Virus record (IMG/VR): IMGVR_UViG_3300021495_000006 | Coordinates: 1 to 55,626 of that record | DNA from: a virus | Taxonomy: Duplodnaviria; Caudoviricetes | Length of the DNA stretch: 55,626 bases | Direction: 5' to 3' (one strand) | Shown: positions 53,775 to 55,626 of the stretch, one piece after another | Layout: each line of letters opens with the position of its first letter | Position numbering within the stretch: the stretch's first letter is position 1 | Program-made: the position numbers and the translations under genes | Notes under the pieces: model-generated | Told to the model about the DNA's origin: nothing | What the model saw: the letters and a program-made list of their open reading frames with translations, nothing else | Database searches by the model: none

Positions 53775-54643
53775 CACCAACTCCATCCCGTAGTTTGTGG
53801 CCGTTCCGCTCCCGGTGTCGCCCAGCCCTTCTGCGAAAACAGCCAGTACAGCCAAGCCTTATGCCGCTCGGGTAGGCTGGCGAAAGCCTCCTCGCCCCAG
53901 TAGGGCTTGGTGGGCGTGGCTCTCACCCAGCGGATGGCTCCATACCTCCCCCAAATACCGCCGGGCCGCCAGCCCCATTTGCGCAACCATTTCTCAAGCT
54001 CGCTCCGCACTTCTTTAGGGATAGCGCGCCAGTCCTGAGGCCGGATGTATATTTCCCGCGTCCATTCCATCGGCTCCCACAAGGGCCGGAAAAGTGCGCC
54101 CCAATCAAACGAGGGCTGTGGCATGGGCATAGGCATAGGAGCCGGTGCAGGCTGCCCGCCTCCACCTCCCCATGTGGGGGGTGACCATGTCGGAGCAATC
54201 GCTTGGGGCTGTGGAGTTACCGCCCCTTCCCCACCAATATTGATGGTCACCTGCCGCTCCGTTTGCCCCGCAGGAGGACCTAGTGGAGGCGGCCCACTGG
54301 GCGGTTGATAAGCAGGCTCTTCCGCCAATGTGATAGCCCGCCCGGGCATACGCTCCAATTCTTCGGGAGTGTACCACTCATATAGTGTAGAGCCCCGTTC
54401 CCCCCAGCCAGGCATAGCATACAGGCGTGCCCCTGTCGGTGATACGTAGCGCTCAGGCTTCGCCACCGGTATAGCCCGCCCCGGCAAATGGGCCAAATCT
54501 TCAGGCCGATACCATTCATACAGCGTAGAACCCCCTGGCCCCCAGCCAGGCATGGCATACAGATGGGCTCCCCCCCGTGGTGCGCGGGGAACAGTTGGCG
54601 TACGACGCTCATATAAATCTTCAGGAATCGCTAATTTCCGCAT
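53774..54643 (-). CDS. Pro/Gly/Trp-rich protein with internal duplication
   Basis: LYAMPGWG..GSTLYEWY.PE.L..PGRAI occurs twice. Confidence 0.6.
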   Translation of the reverse strand: MRKLAIPEDLYERRTPTVPRAPRGGAHLYAMPGWGPGGSTLYEWYRPEDLAHLPGRAIPVAKPERYVSPTGARLYAMPGWGERGSTLYEWYTPEELERMPGRAITLAEEPAYQPPSGPPPLGPPAGQTERQVTINIGGEGAVTPQPQAIAPTWSPPTWGGGGGQPAPAPMPMPMPQPSFDWGALFRPLWEPMEWTREIYIRPQDWRAIPKEVRSELEKWLRKWGWRPGGIWGRYGAIRWVRATPTKPYWGEEAFASLPERHKAWLYWLFSQKGWATPGAERPQTTGWSW

Positions 54644-55626
54644 TATCCCTCCATCGGCGGCAACTCGGTCATCTTTTCAGTCACGCGCTCTGGCACTTCC
54701 TCTGGCAGTGCTGGCTGCGGCCCTTGCCCCATGAAACTCGGCGGCAATTCCTCTGGCCGCATCTTCCCCTCCTGCGGCATTAGCGGCGCTGGGACCTCGC
54801 CCCGCCTCACCGCCTCCCGATATGCCGCCAATACCTTCTTCTCCATCTCCGCTTCGGCTTTCTTACGCTCCTTCGCCTCCATCTTCTCCAACTCGCGGCG
54901 CATCTTCTCTAGCTCCGCCCTATGCTCTTTCATCCACTCATGCACAAAGAGCGCCGCCCGCGCCTCCATAATCTCAGGGCGCGTCTCTAAGAGCTCGTTT
55001 AACGCCCGCTGCTCTTCTACATCCGGGTGCTTGATGTTGACAATGTGCTCTCGGATGTAAGCGTCCGAGACAAGCGGGAGCTTCGTCTGTGGATCGCGCT
55101 TGCGAGCCATGAGCGCTATCCGCCACTTCAACGCCTCGTCCGTTGGCAGGTCAGGCGAAATCTTCACCCGGTTGCGGTAATGGCCACTTACGTCCTCTGG
55201 CGTCACAATGAGAGGCACCGCCGCGTCGCCTGCCGGATAAATCTCAAATCCGCCCTTTTCTGACGTGGCCGCGAATATCTCCGTCAGTCGCAACACATGC
55301 TCATGGGCCCGCGCCATTGCCATCTCAATCTTGTTCGCCTTCTCCGCCAGCTTTGTCTTGACGCCTGATAGGAGTTGCGCAATGGCAAAGCCCGCCTGTA
55401 CTCGCCCCGGCTGCAGGCCCCAAACCGCCTCTGGTAATCCAAACAAGGTGATGTCTCGGTCATACCAAGCCATAAGCTCCCTAATCAATCCCTGATTGGG
55501 CGTCGGGTTCAGCACCGTCACCTTGCTGCCCGGCGGGATAGGCCGCGCCTGCCCAGGCGCACTTGACATCACAAAGGATTGGCCCTGAGGCGTCTCTACT
55601 AGGATTTGGGGATAGTAGAAAAGCTC
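54643..55626 (-). CDS. Portal protein, C-terminal part
   Basis: In frame with 1-1006 via the terminal repeat; helical, with Pro/Glu-rich C-terminal tail. Confidence 0.85.
   Translation of the reverse strand, partial: ELFYYPQILVETPQGQSFVMSSAPGQARPIPPGSKVTVLNPTPNQGLIRELMAWYDRDITLFGLPEAVWGLQPGRVQAGFAIAQLLSGVKTKLAEKANKIEMAMARAHEHVLRLTEIFAATSEKGGFEIYPAGDAAVPLIVTPEDVSGHYRNRVKISPDLPTDEALKWRIALMARKRDPQTKLPLVSDAYIREHIVNIKHPDVEEQRALNELLETRPEIMEARAALFVHEWMKEHRAELEKMRRELEKMEAKERKKAEAEMEKKVLAAYREAVRRGEVPAPLMPQEGKMRPEELPPSFMGQGPQPALPEEVPERVTEKMTELPPMEG
55494..55626. repeat. Terminal direct repeat / circular assembly overlap (copy 2)
   Basis: Matches 1-133; implies a unit genome of 55,493 bp. Confidence 0.95.

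Noticed and set aside
1-55626. Integrase/repressor lysogeny module, DNA polymerase, tape measure
   Set aside because: No recognisable motifs for any of these; very divergent versions cannot be fully excluded without HMM searches

Overview
The window looks like a complete, circularly assembled ~55.5 kb tailed dsDNA phage genome. Bases 1-133 recur at 55494-55626 with one mismatch, and the portal gene reads through that junction. Almost all genes are on the minus strand. Their order is small terminase, large terminase, portal, internal/ejection-type proteins (one of 2355 aa), scaffold, major capsid protein, a glycosyltransferase/methyltransferase/B12-radical-SAM cluster, adaptor, nozzle, tail fibres, lysis genes, and an early/replication region (annealing protein, O-like initiator with iterons, DnaC-like loader, Holliday junction resolvase). 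I recognise no integrase, DNA polymerase or tape measure, which suggests a podovirus-like, non-integrating phage. A Chloroflexota-like host is only an inference from gene style. The main discovery is that the N4-gp56-type major capsid gene (44899->41510) is split into 7 exons by six group I introns. Removing them at splice sites supported by P1 pairing (and P10 in five of the six) gives a 316-aa capsid protein. Two introns carry LAGLIDADG endonucleases whose ORFs run through the ribozyme core, and one intron appears to end in A instead of the canonical omega-G. Other notable features are an HNH-containing intein inside a glycosyltransferase catalytic motif, free-standing homing endonucleases with their own promoters, an unidentified ~310-nt pseudoknotted ncRNA with its own promoter and terminator, a series of GC-clamped structured intergenic RNAs, and two tRNA genes. 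All family assignments come from motif recognition by eye, not database searches.
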